DNA of 64,000 nucleotides from positions 3,799-67,798 of IMG/VR virus record IMGVR_UViG_3300042898_002111. The stretch is one strand, 5' to 3'. The first letter of the stretch is position 1; each line of letters starts with the position of its first letter. The notes below the pieces were generated by a model. That model was not told the origin of the DNA. It did no database searches and worked only from the letters and a program-made list of their open reading frames with translations. This DNA is from a virus. Shown in pieces: positions 27,084 through 37,163 of this stretch. The translations under genes and the position numbers were made by a program.

Positions 27084-28233
27084 GTATAATATTCACAGTC
27101 ATTACGAAAACATTTGGACTTACTTACGTACTATTGTAACAGATCCGCGTGTACTTTATCTAGTACCGAACGGGGCAACTCAACCAGAAAATTTAGAAAG
27201 ACTTGCCCAGGAACAGCGCGGCTGGTGGCCATACCCTGGTCCACCAGATAAACGTGGGCCATTATTTATATTCTATGATCAGGAACCTATATATGGTGAA
27301 TTTAACTACAAGTTGTTTGATCATATTAGGGATAACTATAAAGGACCTTTTGTTTTAGTTACTACCGAAAAAAATAGTAATATGTTAGATCATATTAAAG
27401 AAAAATACAAATGGCCATCAGTGTACTATTTTTATCATGCATTTGCAGCACACGATTGGTTTCGTGGATCTCGATTTAATGGCGGACTTGTTCCACCCGA
27501 TCAACGTATTCTCAGAAAAAAATATATTTCATTTAATCGGCTAACCAGTGCCAAACGTGTCTATCGTAGCTTACTTATCGCTGAATTTGTTCAGAGAAAT
27601 ATATTAGATCAAGGGCATGTCAGTTATAATGAAATTTGTCCAGAAGGTGGTCACTACCGGGATGAAATTTCGCAGGCTGTCATCAATAAATTAATAGACC
27701 ATACGTCGGCTCAGGATGCTATTGCAACATTGGATACTTTATCATTTCCACTTCGTATTGATTATCAACAGGAAACTGTTATTCCCAATCATAGTTTTAG
27801 TTTGAGTGCTGTGACAGAAAGTCAGGAAAGTTTCTGTTATCTAATAACCGAAACATGCTTCTGGGAGAGTAAACATCATTTGACTGAAAAGATATTTAAA
27901 CCCATTATTAGTAAAATGCCGTTTATCTTGGCGGGACCAGCACATAATTTAAAATATCTACGAGAGTATGGTTTTAAAACATTTGATAATTGGTGGGACG
28001 AAAGTTATGACGACGTAGAAAACGCACAGGATCGATTAAAGGCGATTGGTAACACCATGCAGCAAATATGTAATTACAGTTTAGATCAATTACAAACAAT
28101 GTTGGTAGAAATGGAGCCAATATTAGAACACAATTATAACTTATTCAATAGTGCAGAATTTCTGGATAAATGCTGGGCAGAATTAACTAACAACCTTAAT
28201 GCCGTAGAGACTTTGGAATCGTTCCGCATCTGA
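27082..28233 (+). CDS. Glycosyltransferase-like protein (GT-B-like C-terminal domain)
   Basis: ITET....HLTEKIFKPI..PFILAG....LKYLREYGFKTF..WDESYD motif, common in phage GT-like proteins. Confidence 0.6.
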   Translation: MYNIHSHYENIWTYLRTIVTDPRVLYLVPNGATQPENLERLAQEQRGWWPYPGPPDKRGPLFIFYDQEPIYGEFNYKLFDHIRDNYKGPFVLVTTEKNSNMLDHIKEKYKWPSVYYFYHAFAAHDWFRGSRFNGGLVPPDQRILRKKYISFNRLTSAKRVYRSLLIAEFVQRNILDQGHVSYNEICPEGGHYRDEISQAVINKLIDHTSAQDAIATLDTLSFPLRIDYQQETVIPNHSFSLSAVTESQESFCYLITETCFWESKHHLTEKIFKPIISKMPFILAGPAHNLKYLREYGFKTFDNWWDESYDDVENAQDRLKAIGNTMQQICNYSLDQLQTMLVEMEPILEHNYNLFNSAEFLDKCWAELTNNLNAVETLESFRI

Positions 28234-29667
28234 CCGGTCGTCAACCATTGGTTCGCCTCTTATGTTTAGACTGGTGTTGAGCAGCATAGGGCATCCAGTT
28301 ATTACATACCATTTTTCGAGGAGTTCTCGGATTCCCGACTGACAATCTTTTGCCACAGTTTGAACTCTACTAGTACCATCATAATGAACAATAGCGGGAT
28401 ATAAATCAGGACGAAGGCATTCAGCGACAGATTGCATATAAGGACTATTACCCCAACCATGAGGAAGGTGAAAATAATCACTAGCGCACTCTGCAAGGAT
28501 AACTGGAGCAAAGGGCCTAAATTTCTGCCGTCTTTTAATTTCATTTACCCTGTCCTTGATGTCAGCCCCGCGTGGATCTGCTAATAAACTTCTGTTGCCC
28601 AAAGCCCTAGGTCCAAATTCAGCTCTTCCACTTGCTATACCAACAATTCGATCAGTCAACAGCACATCTAAAGCAGCATTAACAGGATACTCACCAGGAA
28701 TGTTGTGACCAAGATAAGGACCAGTCCAATTAATGCGAGTACCAAGAGCGAGAGCAGCGGCGCCAAGACTACTACCAGCATCACCAGGATTAGGTAAAAT
28801 CCAAATTCTATCAAAATAGTCTCCCAGATATCGATTAATACTACAATTAAGTGCCACTCCACCACCATATACCAGGTGGTCGCTCCAACCGAAATCACGG
28901 GCACGTTTCATTACATTTAGTACCAGTTGTTCGGCTACATACTGTGCGCTGGCTGCTATGTCTACATCACCTACGTGTTTGAGCAATCCGGGATCAGCAC
29001 CTATGTGCATATTATTCTGAAATGTAATATCCCATTCGTTTTCCACTGTCTGGTTTTGTAACCAGCTGCCCATACCACGTTTACCGTAAGCAGCCATGCC
29101 CATGAGTATATATTCTTCTTCGTTGGGCTTTAGACCCACACGTTGGGTCATGGCACTATAGAACAATCCAATGCTATGTGGGTATCGTTGTCCCCAGAGT
29201 CGTTTGTATCTTGCTTGACCATTAACATACTCTGCGCCCCAAATACTTATAGTATCCCATTCACCAATGGCATCAATAATGACCACAGTGGCACGATCAA
29301 ATGGGCTAGTTTGAAATCCTGCGGCGGCATGACTCAGGTGATGGTTATGACTGCTGATATTTCTGGGCAATACACATGGCCCCATCTGTTCCTGTAATAT
29401 GTTTTTAACACTGAGTTTATTCCACTCAATGCCCTCGCCACTGTATAGTCTACGAAGTTGTTTGGCCCAGGGACGCTCATAATATGCAACATGGTCGATA
29501 GCGCCACAATCCATAACGTCACGCATGAGATCTGCACAGATGTTGGGGTCGCTTTTGATCTTACTGTAGCGTTCTGAATGCCCAGCAAATAATATTTCAC
29601 CACTGCGACTTAATACAGCAGCACTGGCATCATGAAATCCAGCACTTATTCCTAAAATATGTGACAT
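28183..29667 (-). CDS. Carbamoyltransferase (NodU/CmcH/TobZ family)
   Basis: GFHDAS, SERYSK.K, HHLSHAA, EEYILMG, GGVALNC, PGDAGSSLGAA, EFGPRALGNRS, FRPFAP, DGTSRVQTV and LNTSLN. Confidence 0.95.
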   Translation of the reverse strand: MSHILGISAGFHDASAAVLSRSGEILFAGHSERYSKIKSDPNICADLMRDVMDCGAIDHVAYYERPWAKQLRRLYSGEGIEWNKLSVKNILQEQMGPCVLPRNISSHNHHLSHAAAGFQTSPFDRATVVIIDAIGEWDTISIWGAEYVNGQARYKRLWGQRYPHSIGLFYSAMTQRVGLKPNEEEYILMGMAAYGKRGMGSWLQNQTVENEWDITFQNNMHIGADPGLLKHVGDVDIAASAQYVAEQLVLNVMKRARDFGWSDHLVYGGGVALNCSINRYLGDYFDRIWILPNPGDAGSSLGAAALALGTRINWTGPYLGHNIPGEYPVNAALDVLLTDRIVGIASGRAEFGPRALGNRSLLADPRGADIKDRVNEIKRRQKFRPFAPVILAECASDYFHLPHGWGNSPYMQSVAECLRPDLYPAIVHYDGTSRVQTVAKDCQSGIRELLEKWYVITGCPMLLNTSLNIRGEPMVDDRSDAERFQSLYGIKVVS

Positions 29668-29727
29668 TTATAATATAAGATCAATTAATTTTCATGTAAC
29701 CATCATGTGAATATAGGTCATATTATG

Positions 29728-30396
29728 CTATGCCCAACCAAGGTTTCTAATATGCTCATACAATTTTTGAGTCACTTTTCTATGACCTTCGTCTAAGAAA
29801 TGTCCGTCGGGGCCGCGTTTGCATCCTTGTGTCCATTCTGACATCCCTTCTGAAGGCCATCCTAGATAGTGTTTAGCATCTACTTGTGCAGATAGATTAA
29901 TCATTTTGGGATTAAAATTATTGTGATAATATTCATTAAAATCAGTGTTAATCATAATATATTTGATATCACGTGTTTGTAAAAAACTCTGCATTAGTAT
30001 CACATCTAACAAATGTTGGTGATACAAATATTCAGGATCATGATACTTGTTAATATAGTCAAGCAATTCCAAACGCCAGTCTTGTTTATCTCGTTTAAAT
30101 AAATTTCCGCTGTATCCTGGCCAGAGATCGAACTGTCCACCCATATCAGCAAATTCCATACGACCTGCACTGGACCACCCAATCACAACTAGGTCCACAG
30201 GATTTTTATTTGTAATGTATTCTATCACAGTGCGAATCATTCTCTTGTTACCAGACCCGGGACGAGCTTCGTTCACTACATCTGCCTTGAGGCCACGAGC
30301 CAAGTAATAAGGATAAGCATGATTTCGATTTTCAAGCTCTTCACCGTAAGTAAAGCTATCACCCACCGCTAAAATATTGTTGATCATTTTAGTCAT
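29728..30396 (-). CDS. SGNH-like hydrolase (DUF6071-like)
   Basis: AVGDSFTYG, PGSGN.R, IGWS...R.E and GHFLDEGH. Confidence 0.75.
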   Translation of the reverse strand: MTKMINNILAVGDSFTYGEELENRNHAYPYYLARGLKADVVNEARPGSGNKRMIRTVIEYITNKNPVDLVVIGWSSAGRMEFADMGGQFDLWPGYSGNLFKRDKQDWRLELLDYINKYHDPEYLYHQHLLDVILMQSFLQTRDIKYIMINTDFNEYYHNNFNPKMINLSAQVDAKHYLGWPSEGMSEWTQGCKRGPDGHFLDEGHRKVTQKLYEHIRNLGWA

Positions 30397-30397
30397 A

Positions 30398-30499
30398 TTA
30401 TTTGTAAATAAACGGGTCGCGTTTTTTAAGTTCTTTTAATTTTTTGCGATATTTAATTTCTAAAACTATACGGTAATATATATTTTTTAACCATTTCAT
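30398..30499 (-). CDS. 33-aa basic peptide MKWLKNIYYRIVLEIKYRKKLKELKKRDPFIYK (not in ORF track)
   Basis: AGGAG SD at 30507-30511(-), ATAAATA at 30553-30559(-), stop 1 nt before the next ATG. Confidence 0.75.
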   Translation of the reverse strand: MKWLKNIYYRIVLEIKYRKKLKELKKRDPFIYK

Positions 30500-30610
30500 T
30501 GAAATTCTCCTATGTTTAATACATGTTGAACAGTATAAGTATGTCCATTAAATATTTATCGCATACCAGTGACCAGAAAAAAAACCCTGGGATAATTTCC
30601 ATCAAGGTTT

Positions 30611-31687
30611 TTATACTTGACTACTATAATCATAACCCGGTTTTAACCTTGCTATTTGTTGTTGGTGATAATCAGTGTCGGTCCAGGTGTAGTCGTATCT
30701 GGCTGTTAAATCACCTGCTGTGATCTGAAATATGTCCAGATATTGGCTGAGTATGGGCCATATTTCTTGAGTATTAGTAGTACCAAAACTATCTAGTAAT
30801 TCCACTTGACCCACTGGATGATACCCGTAGTTATATTGTGTGTCATTTAGATCAAATCCATTGCGTTCCAACCATGCACGATACCCCACCATTTCTTGAG
30901 TGTGCCATGGGTGTGGTCCATCGTATACGATATCATTTGCCCACTCAATATCAAACTCCCCTGAATAGTAGCGCAAATGAGTAATAGCGTCACAAGTAGC
31001 AGATCCAATATCCACTCCTCGCTCATCTCTATACACTTCGTAAAGCGTCTTACCAATCTGAGTCCAATGCAAATAAACTTCTCCAAATTTTCTATTGTAT
31101 CTAGATTCAGCAAAAGTTGCTTTAAGATCATCGGGATAATCGATCCTAGGTGCATTTAAAAAAGTTGTTATCTGACTAGGTCGTACCCATTCAGGTGCTG
31201 TAACCTGTTTACGCTGACTTAACATCAGACTCTCTGCCTCGTGGCACAGGTTGTTTAGCTGACGAATAGCAAATTTTGTTGCGTAGTCTGCACGTCGGTA
31301 ATAGTCACTTAATCCCCAAACAGTACCCTGTAGATGCTCAAATCGATTGTGCAATAAATTCATTACCTCTTGTTTGGGAGTTAGGGTATCGGCGTCACGA
31401 ATAAAATCAGGAGTATATACTTCTGCTATTACATACTCTGAGCCAAAAAATCGATTGATCTGGTCACAGGCATTGTTAAGCTCACGGCAGATGTAGTCTA
31501 GATTTCTGGCACTATCGGGGAACCCCAAGAAGCAGAAGTTCTTTTCTAGATAGTTATTGTTGCGCAACAGATCTTGCAACGCAGTGTACCAGTGGTGACC
31601 CAATGCAGTATCGTAAACCGCAATAGTGTAGTCTAGTAATAGTTGCTTGTTTAACGGGTTGCGTAGCGTTACTTTAACTTTATTCAT
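30611..31687 (-). CDS. Conserved hypothetical protein at the end of the radical SAM array
   Basis: LEKNFCFLGF, LHNRFEHLQG, IRQLNNLCHE.E and YLHWTQIGKT; no family recognised. Confidence 0.75.
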   Translation of the reverse strand: MNKVKVTLRNPLNKQLLLDYTIAVYDTALGHHWYTALQDLLRNNNYLEKNFCFLGFPDSARNLDYICRELNNACDQINRFFGSEYVIAEVYTPDFIRDADTLTPKQEVMNLLHNRFEHLQGTVWGLSDYYRRADYATKFAIRQLNNLCHEAESLMLSQRKQVTAPEWVRPSQITTFLNAPRIDYPDDLKATFAESRYNRKFGEVYLHWTQIGKTLYEVYRDERGVDIGSATCDAITHLRYYSGEFDIEWANDIVYDGPHPWHTQEMVGYRAWLERNGFDLNDTQYNYGYHPVGQVELLDSFGTTNTQEIWPILSQYLDIFQITAGDLTARYDYTWTDTDYHQQQIARLKPGYDYSSQV

Positions 31688-31692
31688 AGTTA

Positions 31693-32988
31693 TTAATTTG
31701 TTTCAATCGAGTCCCACCATTCTAATATCTCTGGCCGCATTGCCAGAATATCTCGCATAGTATACTGATCTTTTCTAATTCGTTCAAGTTCTCGTATACG
31801 AGATTTGCCTTTGATTAATCCAGCTTTGTAAGTGTCTGGCCACTGCTCGGCAAAAGTGGGTCTGGTTTTTAGTTGAGCCAGTACGTCCCTTAGAGCGCCA
31901 CTTACTGTGGATATATGTTCGTCTACCCAAGGATGTAATAATTCTCTGGGTAGTGCCAAGGGCGACATGACAATGTCAGGGCTGAAACTAAAGACTACTT
32001 TTGCTAAGATATCCACTCCGAGCTGCTGCCCGAGTTGTTGGATTTTTTGGACTTCGAAAAGTCCTGGGAGAGTGAGGGTGAAATCGATTCGCATTTGTCT
32101 GCGATTTCTTTGGATTTCGGTTCCTCTGTGGAAATTTTCGAGCCATTGATTATAATCAAGGCCTGTTCTAATATACTCTCCAATTTCTTTCGTACCATCA
32201 AGGCTTGCACATATTTGCCAGTCACGAAGCCCAGATAAAATATCAGTATACAGATCAACACCACGATACTTAACACGGCTGAGATTTGTATTATACCTAG
32301 CGTAAACATTTGGTCCATCCCCTAACTCAATAATGCGGCGCATGTAGCGCCAATGCTGCTCATACATGAGGGGTTCACCACCGACCCAGTATACTTCCTC
32401 GACTCTGTGCTCTTCCACTGCTTGGGAAAACTCTGTTTCTATTTGCCTATCTTGAAATTGACTAATTTGTTGGCGAACTTCTGGATACATCCAGTTGTTT
32501 TTGGGATCATGCCAGTTGATCATGTGATGTTGTTTTTGTTCGGTTTCCCAGGCACTACTCAACATATCACCACACATACGGCATTTAAAGTTGCACAGAT
32601 TACTAAAGCGATAATCCCAACTAATGGGCTTGGCTGTAGTAAACCCAGTGACATCAGTGGCTGCTATCACTTCCGAATACTTATGCCCAAACATCTGATT
32701 AAAGTAGCTGCGGTAAACATCAGTATTAAGCAATTTGTCATTACATACTTCACACTCAGGTAATGTTTCCCCAGCCATCATGCGACGACGCACTGACTTC
32801 ATGTGCTCTGAATTCCAGTGTTGTTCCAGAGTAATGGGCATATAGCGACCAGTACCAGCACTGGTATCAATGTATTGTTGAAAATTTTGTGCTGGCTCGC
32901 GTGACGCACAACACATACGTCGTTCGGTCTGTGGACTCAGATACGTATGAGTCCAGGGTGCCATGCATAATGTTGCTGGCCTATTCAA
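31693..32988 (-). CDS. Radical SAM protein, N-terminal twitch-like motif (array member 8, subtype A)
   Basis: CMAPW..MCC..CEVC; CNFKCRMC; GGEPL. Confidence 0.9.
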   Translation of the reverse strand: MNRPATLCMAPWTHTYLSPQTERRMCCASREPAQNFQQYIDTSAGTGRYMPITLEQHWNSEHMKSVRRRMMAGETLPECEVCNDKLLNTDVYRSYFNQMFGHKYSEVIAATDVTGFTTAKPISWDYRFSNLCNFKCRMCGDMLSSAWETEQKQHHMINWHDPKNNWMYPEVRQQISQFQDRQIETEFSQAVEEHRVEEVYWVGGEPLMYEQHWRYMRRIIELGDGPNVYARYNTNLSRVKYRGVDLYTDILSGLRDWQICASLDGTKEIGEYIRTGLDYNQWLENFHRGTEIQRNRRQMRIDFTLTLPGLFEVQKIQQLGQQLGVDILAKVVFSFSPDIVMSPLALPRELLHPWVDEHISTVSGALRDVLAQLKTRPTFAEQWPDTYKAGLIKGKSRIRELERIRKDQYTMRDILAMRPEILEWWDSIETN

Positions 32989-34228
32989 AATATGGTCTCC
33001 ATTCTGGCACTACCTCAACCAAAGATTTTTTAGAAGTTTTATCCTCTATACGCATTTTTTGAATGAATTTAGCCAATTGCAGTGGTTTATGCTCAGTGTT
33101 ACGCAACACGCCTAATACATTATCGTATAATTCTTTATAGACTGGTATAGTCATTGTCGATTGTTTCGCTGCCAATCGTTGGATCAATGGAATCTTTATT
33201 TCGTTGGGTATTACTTCCACTGTCAAATAAAGTTCTCGAAATACTGGACTAATACAAATGTTAGTGATACCGTGAGTCTCAAACCAATCAAATAATTTGT
33301 CGATCCCCCAGACATTAATAGCAGTCAACACACAGTTTACTACGCTCTTATAATTTTCATATATGAATAATGCATTCTGTCCAACCGTTTTCCAATTGCA
33401 CCCCCTTCGTTGATATTCAATCACATCATCAATTCCATCAATACTAATGGTATAAAAAACATTTTTAAATTTCGCAAACCGTTCTGTCATTTTTGTTGGA
33501 ATATTTGATGCATTCGTAATCAATGTAATGTATAAATTTTTAGCAAGGTCTTGTGCAATAAGATAATCAATTAATTCCTCCACCTGCGGTTGTAATATTG
33601 TTTCTCCACCAGTCAAGTTGATGATTTCCACATGTTTTAGTAGTTCGTAGAAATCTGCATCTGGTTGATTTAGAGTTAATTTTCTAAAATTATGCAAGAA
33701 TTTAATTTCAAATGTGTGACGTTTACTAGAGGCTCCGCCAGAACACATCACACACTCGTAATTACAGTAGTTACTAGGATAATAATCCATGGTAATTAAT
33801 TTGTCTGTCTTATAACCATTAGCAATTATATTTTTAACTTCTTGAATAATATCGACACTCAAATGTTCGGCATAAAATACATTGTTCATTTTACGGGCTG
33901 AAATTGCTCCAGTTCGATCATTAAATGCACATGCTTTACAGTCAACCACGTCATCGGCGGTACCTTCTATAAACGTTTTTCTTAACTCGATCCAGCGATC
34001 ACTATTACGTGCATCATTGATAGTGGTATTGACATCCCATGAGGCCCATGTAGACTCCTCACCAAAATATTTTGGTTGATCATTTATAACACTACACGGG
34101 CGTATAGTATTCTTGGGCACTTGCCCAACTCTTGTCATGTGATTAGTCTGGTAAAATCCATTGAAAAATGGATATAAACAAACCTGGTCCCCCAACTCTT
34201 GATATATTTTATCGATATTGTTATTCAT
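32981..34228 (-). CDS. Radical SAM protein (array member 7, divergent subtype A)
   Basis: CLYPF..PCS..CKAC; CNYECVMC; GGETI. Confidence 0.88.
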   Translation of the reverse strand: MNNNIDKIYQELGDQVCLYPFFNGFYQTNHMTRVGQVPKNTIRPCSVINDQPKYFGEESTWASWDVNTTINDARNSDRWIELRKTFIEGTADDVVDCKACAFNDRTGAISARKMNNVFYAEHLSVDIIQEVKNIIANGYKTDKLITMDYYPSNYCNYECVMCSGGASSKRHTFEIKFLHNFRKLTLNQPDADFYELLKHVEIINLTGGETILQPQVEELIDYLIAQDLAKNLYITLITNASNIPTKMTERFAKFKNVFYTISIDGIDDVIEYQRRGCNWKTVGQNALFIYENYKSVVNCVLTAINVWGIDKLFDWFETHGITNICISPVFRELYLTVEVIPNEIKIPLIQRLAAKQSTMTIPVYKELYDNVLGVLRNTEHKPLQLAKFIQKMRIEDKTSKKSLVEVVPEWRPYFE

Positions 34229-35444
34229 AGCCCATGGCCCGTGCTATTTCTGGATGTGTGTCAGTAAAACACTGTTTACGATATTCATCAGTCTGCTTCA
34301 TCTTACGTAAGAACTCTGCACCATCACTGCCTGGTCCCTGTTCAATGAAGTTAATGACCCCTTGCAGATCCTGGTGATACCTGTGCCCAGTCCAGAACAT
34401 GGTCTTGAGTTTATCTAAAACCATTGTTCGAGCCGCAGGCGTCATGTACTGCACACTCATATGCTCGGGCCCATGCATCATGTTAAAGTAAACGCTGCCA
34501 AATGATTTAGTATCCGCCCAGGACAGTAGTTCATCCAAATAGTATACGTTCTGTATGTTGATGGTAAAGCATAACTGTGTGGTAATGTTGGGGACACTCA
34601 TTCTTTTCATTATGTGAATTTCATCAATTATGATGTTTGATTCTTGCCATTTGGCCCCATAACGTTCGTATTCAAATCTATCGCCCACATTGTCCACACT
34701 AAATGCAATATCCACACGGCCAAAATTCTTCCATAGGCCCCAGTGCCCACCAGGATATTGTGTAGCATTGGTATTGTAGTGAATGTCAATATTCTTACTT
34801 ACACCTATGTCAACTGCGTGTTGTAATAGATCAAAGTGTTCTTTAATCATCCAGGGCTCGCCGCCGGTAAATTCCAGATATTGTATGTTGGGCAACAGGC
34901 TCCGCATATTTTCCCAGAATGTTTCTGTCTTACGTGGCCAGTTTCCCTGACGTAACCATGTGTATGCTTGATGTGCTTTAGGATCTCGGCCAGTGGACTT
35001 AACATAATCCATTTCTTCTGCGGCCCATTTACTACTACTCCAACTTCCACATATGCGACATTTAAGGTTGCAAATGTTGCCCAGTTTTAAGTCAATGAAC
35101 CACAGTTGATCAGGATTATCATTACCCCAGTCTACTTGCTCATATTGATTTTTTAAACGTAGACGACTGTTCATACGCTTGCTGATGCGCCCTGCTGCTT
35201 CCTCATCCCAACATCGATTACAGGTCTTGGGTTTCTCACCTGCGCGAAAATCTTGGCGTAATTTCTGCATATACGGACTACGATATACAGTTTCCAAATC
35301 AGTGTTATTCAAGTCGTATATCTGATCGTTCTCATCAGTGATCTCTTCATGTGCCATACAACATGGTCTGACAGTACCCACTGGGCTAGTTTCAATACTG
35401 ACCCAGGGCAACATACAGATGGTATCAGGTAATTTATCGGGCAT
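34221..35444 (-). CDS. Radical SAM protein (array member 6, subtype A)
   Basis: CMLPW..PCC..CNRC; CNLKCRIC; GGEPW. Confidence 0.9.
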   Translation of the reverse strand: MPDKLPDTICMLPWVSIETSPVGTVRPCCMAHEEITDENDQIYDLNNTDLETVYRSPYMQKLRQDFRAGEKPKTCNRCWDEEAAGRISKRMNSRLRLKNQYEQVDWGNDNPDQLWFIDLKLGNICNLKCRICGSWSSSKWAAEEMDYVKSTGRDPKAHQAYTWLRQGNWPRKTETFWENMRSLLPNIQYLEFTGGEPWMIKEHFDLLQHAVDIGVSKNIDIHYNTNATQYPGGHWGLWKNFGRVDIAFSVDNVGDRFEYERYGAKWQESNIIIDEIHIMKRMSVPNITTQLCFTINIQNVYYLDELLSWADTKSFGSVYFNMMHGPEHMSVQYMTPAARTMVLDKLKTMFWTGHRYHQDLQGVINFIEQGPGSDGAEFLRKMKQTDEYRKQCFTDTHPEIARAMGYE

Positions 35445-36744
35445 ATCGTTTTAGATCCGTATATTCAGGAAATGTGGTGTAAAAATCTTCACCACGGAAT
35501 TTATCTAGTTCATAGTTGCGTTTAAAGAACTCCTGCAACAGATCATTCATGTCATCTTCACTGGTGGTGCTTTTATCGTCCTGATCCATAAAATTTATCA
35601 GACTACGATATCCATTTGTGGCACGAGTGACTGGATCCTGCGGTTCTAACCAGGCAATGTGATCGGTAATTTTTTGTCTGGCTAACTCTTTGTAATGTTG
35701 CGGTAAGATATTAACACGTTCGTGATCAGGTCCTTGGAGAATGTTAATATTCCAATCCTTGGGTTGTATCAATCCCAGGTCTGACCACTCTTTGTGAAAG
35801 TCTGGTATATGTAGCACGTTGAAAATGCTGACAGTACTGCTGACATAGAAGTCCACATCAGGACAAGTCTTGAGCATACGTTCACGATTGGCCACAGTTT
35901 CGGCCCAGTTCTGACCTTTACGGATATATTCCCCACGTGCGTAGCTACCATCTAAACTGGCACCCACGCTGACATTGTCAAACAATTTCCAAAGTTCCAG
36001 TACATCCTGTCCCTTGAATTTTAACTCTGAGAAATTGGTATTGTACTGTAGGCGTACATGAAACATTTCACGATTGACTAACTCGCGCAGAATACGATAA
36101 TGCTCTTCCATGATCAGAGGCTCACCGCCAGCAAAATATATTTGCTCCAGATGCGGTATGTGTTCCTGCATCTGTTCCCACATGTCGTCTTTATGTCGTC
36201 CAGCAATGGCGATCTGCGGATATGGGCGTGGGCCAAACATTTTAACTTCGTCCTGATACCAGTTGCTGCTAAAGATGCTGCCGCAACTACGACATTTGAA
36301 GTTACACAGGTTGCTGAAGCGAATGTCATAGTAACGCATCTTGAAATCGTCATATCTACCATCTGTATGAGTATCATCTACCACACTGACATGATGTCCA
36401 AATGCCTTGTTACTGCTGTTACGCATACTGAAAAAGCCGGCATCTTCTTGCTCGTAACATTTGGAACATTCTTTTGTGGGCTGATCTGCCAACATCTTGA
36501 CACGCATGTCACGCAGTGGTTGATCGTTCCAGACTTCAGCCAGGGTGTTCTTGTGCAGGTCACCAATGGGGTGCTTGTCCACGCTGAGGCAACAGGGAAA
36601 GGCCCGGCCGTCTGGAAAGGCATGCATATGTGTCCAGGGCATCATACAGAAGCTCTTGCTCTCTGTCAGACGATGTATTTGTTGGTCAGTGAGTAGTTCT
36701 GGTTTAATATATGTAGGGAACTTGCTATTATAGGTATATGTCAT
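35434..36744 (-). CDS. Radical SAM protein (array member 5, subtype A)
   Basis: CMMPW..PCC..CSKC; CNFKCRSC; GGEPL. Start at 36744 preferred over 36792. Confidence 0.9.
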   Translation of the reverse strand: MTYTYNSKFPTYIKPELLTDQQIHRLTESKSFCMMPWTHMHAFPDGRAFPCCLSVDKHPIGDLHKNTLAEVWNDQPLRDMRVKMLADQPTKECSKCYEQEDAGFFSMRNSSNKAFGHHVSVVDDTHTDGRYDDFKMRYYDIRFSNLCNFKCRSCGSIFSSNWYQDEVKMFGPRPYPQIAIAGRHKDDMWEQMQEHIPHLEQIYFAGGEPLIMEEHYRILRELVNREMFHVRLQYNTNFSELKFKGQDVLELWKLFDNVSVGASLDGSYARGEYIRKGQNWAETVANRERMLKTCPDVDFYVSSTVSIFNVLHIPDFHKEWSDLGLIQPKDWNINILQGPDHERVNILPQHYKELARQKITDHIAWLEPQDPVTRATNGYRSLINFMDQDDKSTTSEDDMNDLLQEFFKRNYELDKFRGEDFYTTFPEYTDLKRYAR

Positions 36745-36766
36745 TAAGTTTGTACTAACTAAAAAT

Positions 36767-36820
36767 GTAGTTCGCGGGTGTAGGAACCCCAACTACTCTA
36801 ACATTATGAAGGAATGCCAG
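36767..36820 (+). promoter_or_regulatory. Structured leader of the endonuclease gene
   Basis: GTAGTT(36767-72)/AACTAC(36791-96) stem with inner GGG/CCC; a small CATT/AATG hairpin encloses the AAGGA SD. Confidence 0.45.
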
Positions 36821-36821
36821 C

Positions 36822-37163
36822 ATGAGTATTTACTCTAAATCTTCCCCACCGTCAGGCTTTTATGTCTACACATATTTGAGAAAATCCAATCTTACTCCAT
36901 ATTATATAGGAAAAGGGTATGATACGCGAGCCTGGGTTCCACATTATTTCACCACACCAAGGGATGATACAAAAATAATAATACTCGAATCAGGACTCAC
37001 TGATATTGGTTCTGTAGCTATTGAAAGAAGGATGATACGTTGGTATGGACGGAAGGACTTGGGCACGGGTATAACTTATGAAGAGATATTTAGTGTCGAA
37101 CGAGCTAAAGAATTAAAGGCGGCGCAATCCATAGCTACTAAGTTACAACATAACAAATCATAA
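36822..37163 (+). mobile_element. Free-standing GIY-YIG-like homing endonuclease, apparently internally deleted, antisense within the radical SAM array
   Basis: GFYVYTYLR...PYYIGKG...[19 protein letters not shown], then jumps to TYEEIF; only 113 aa. Confidence 0.7.
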
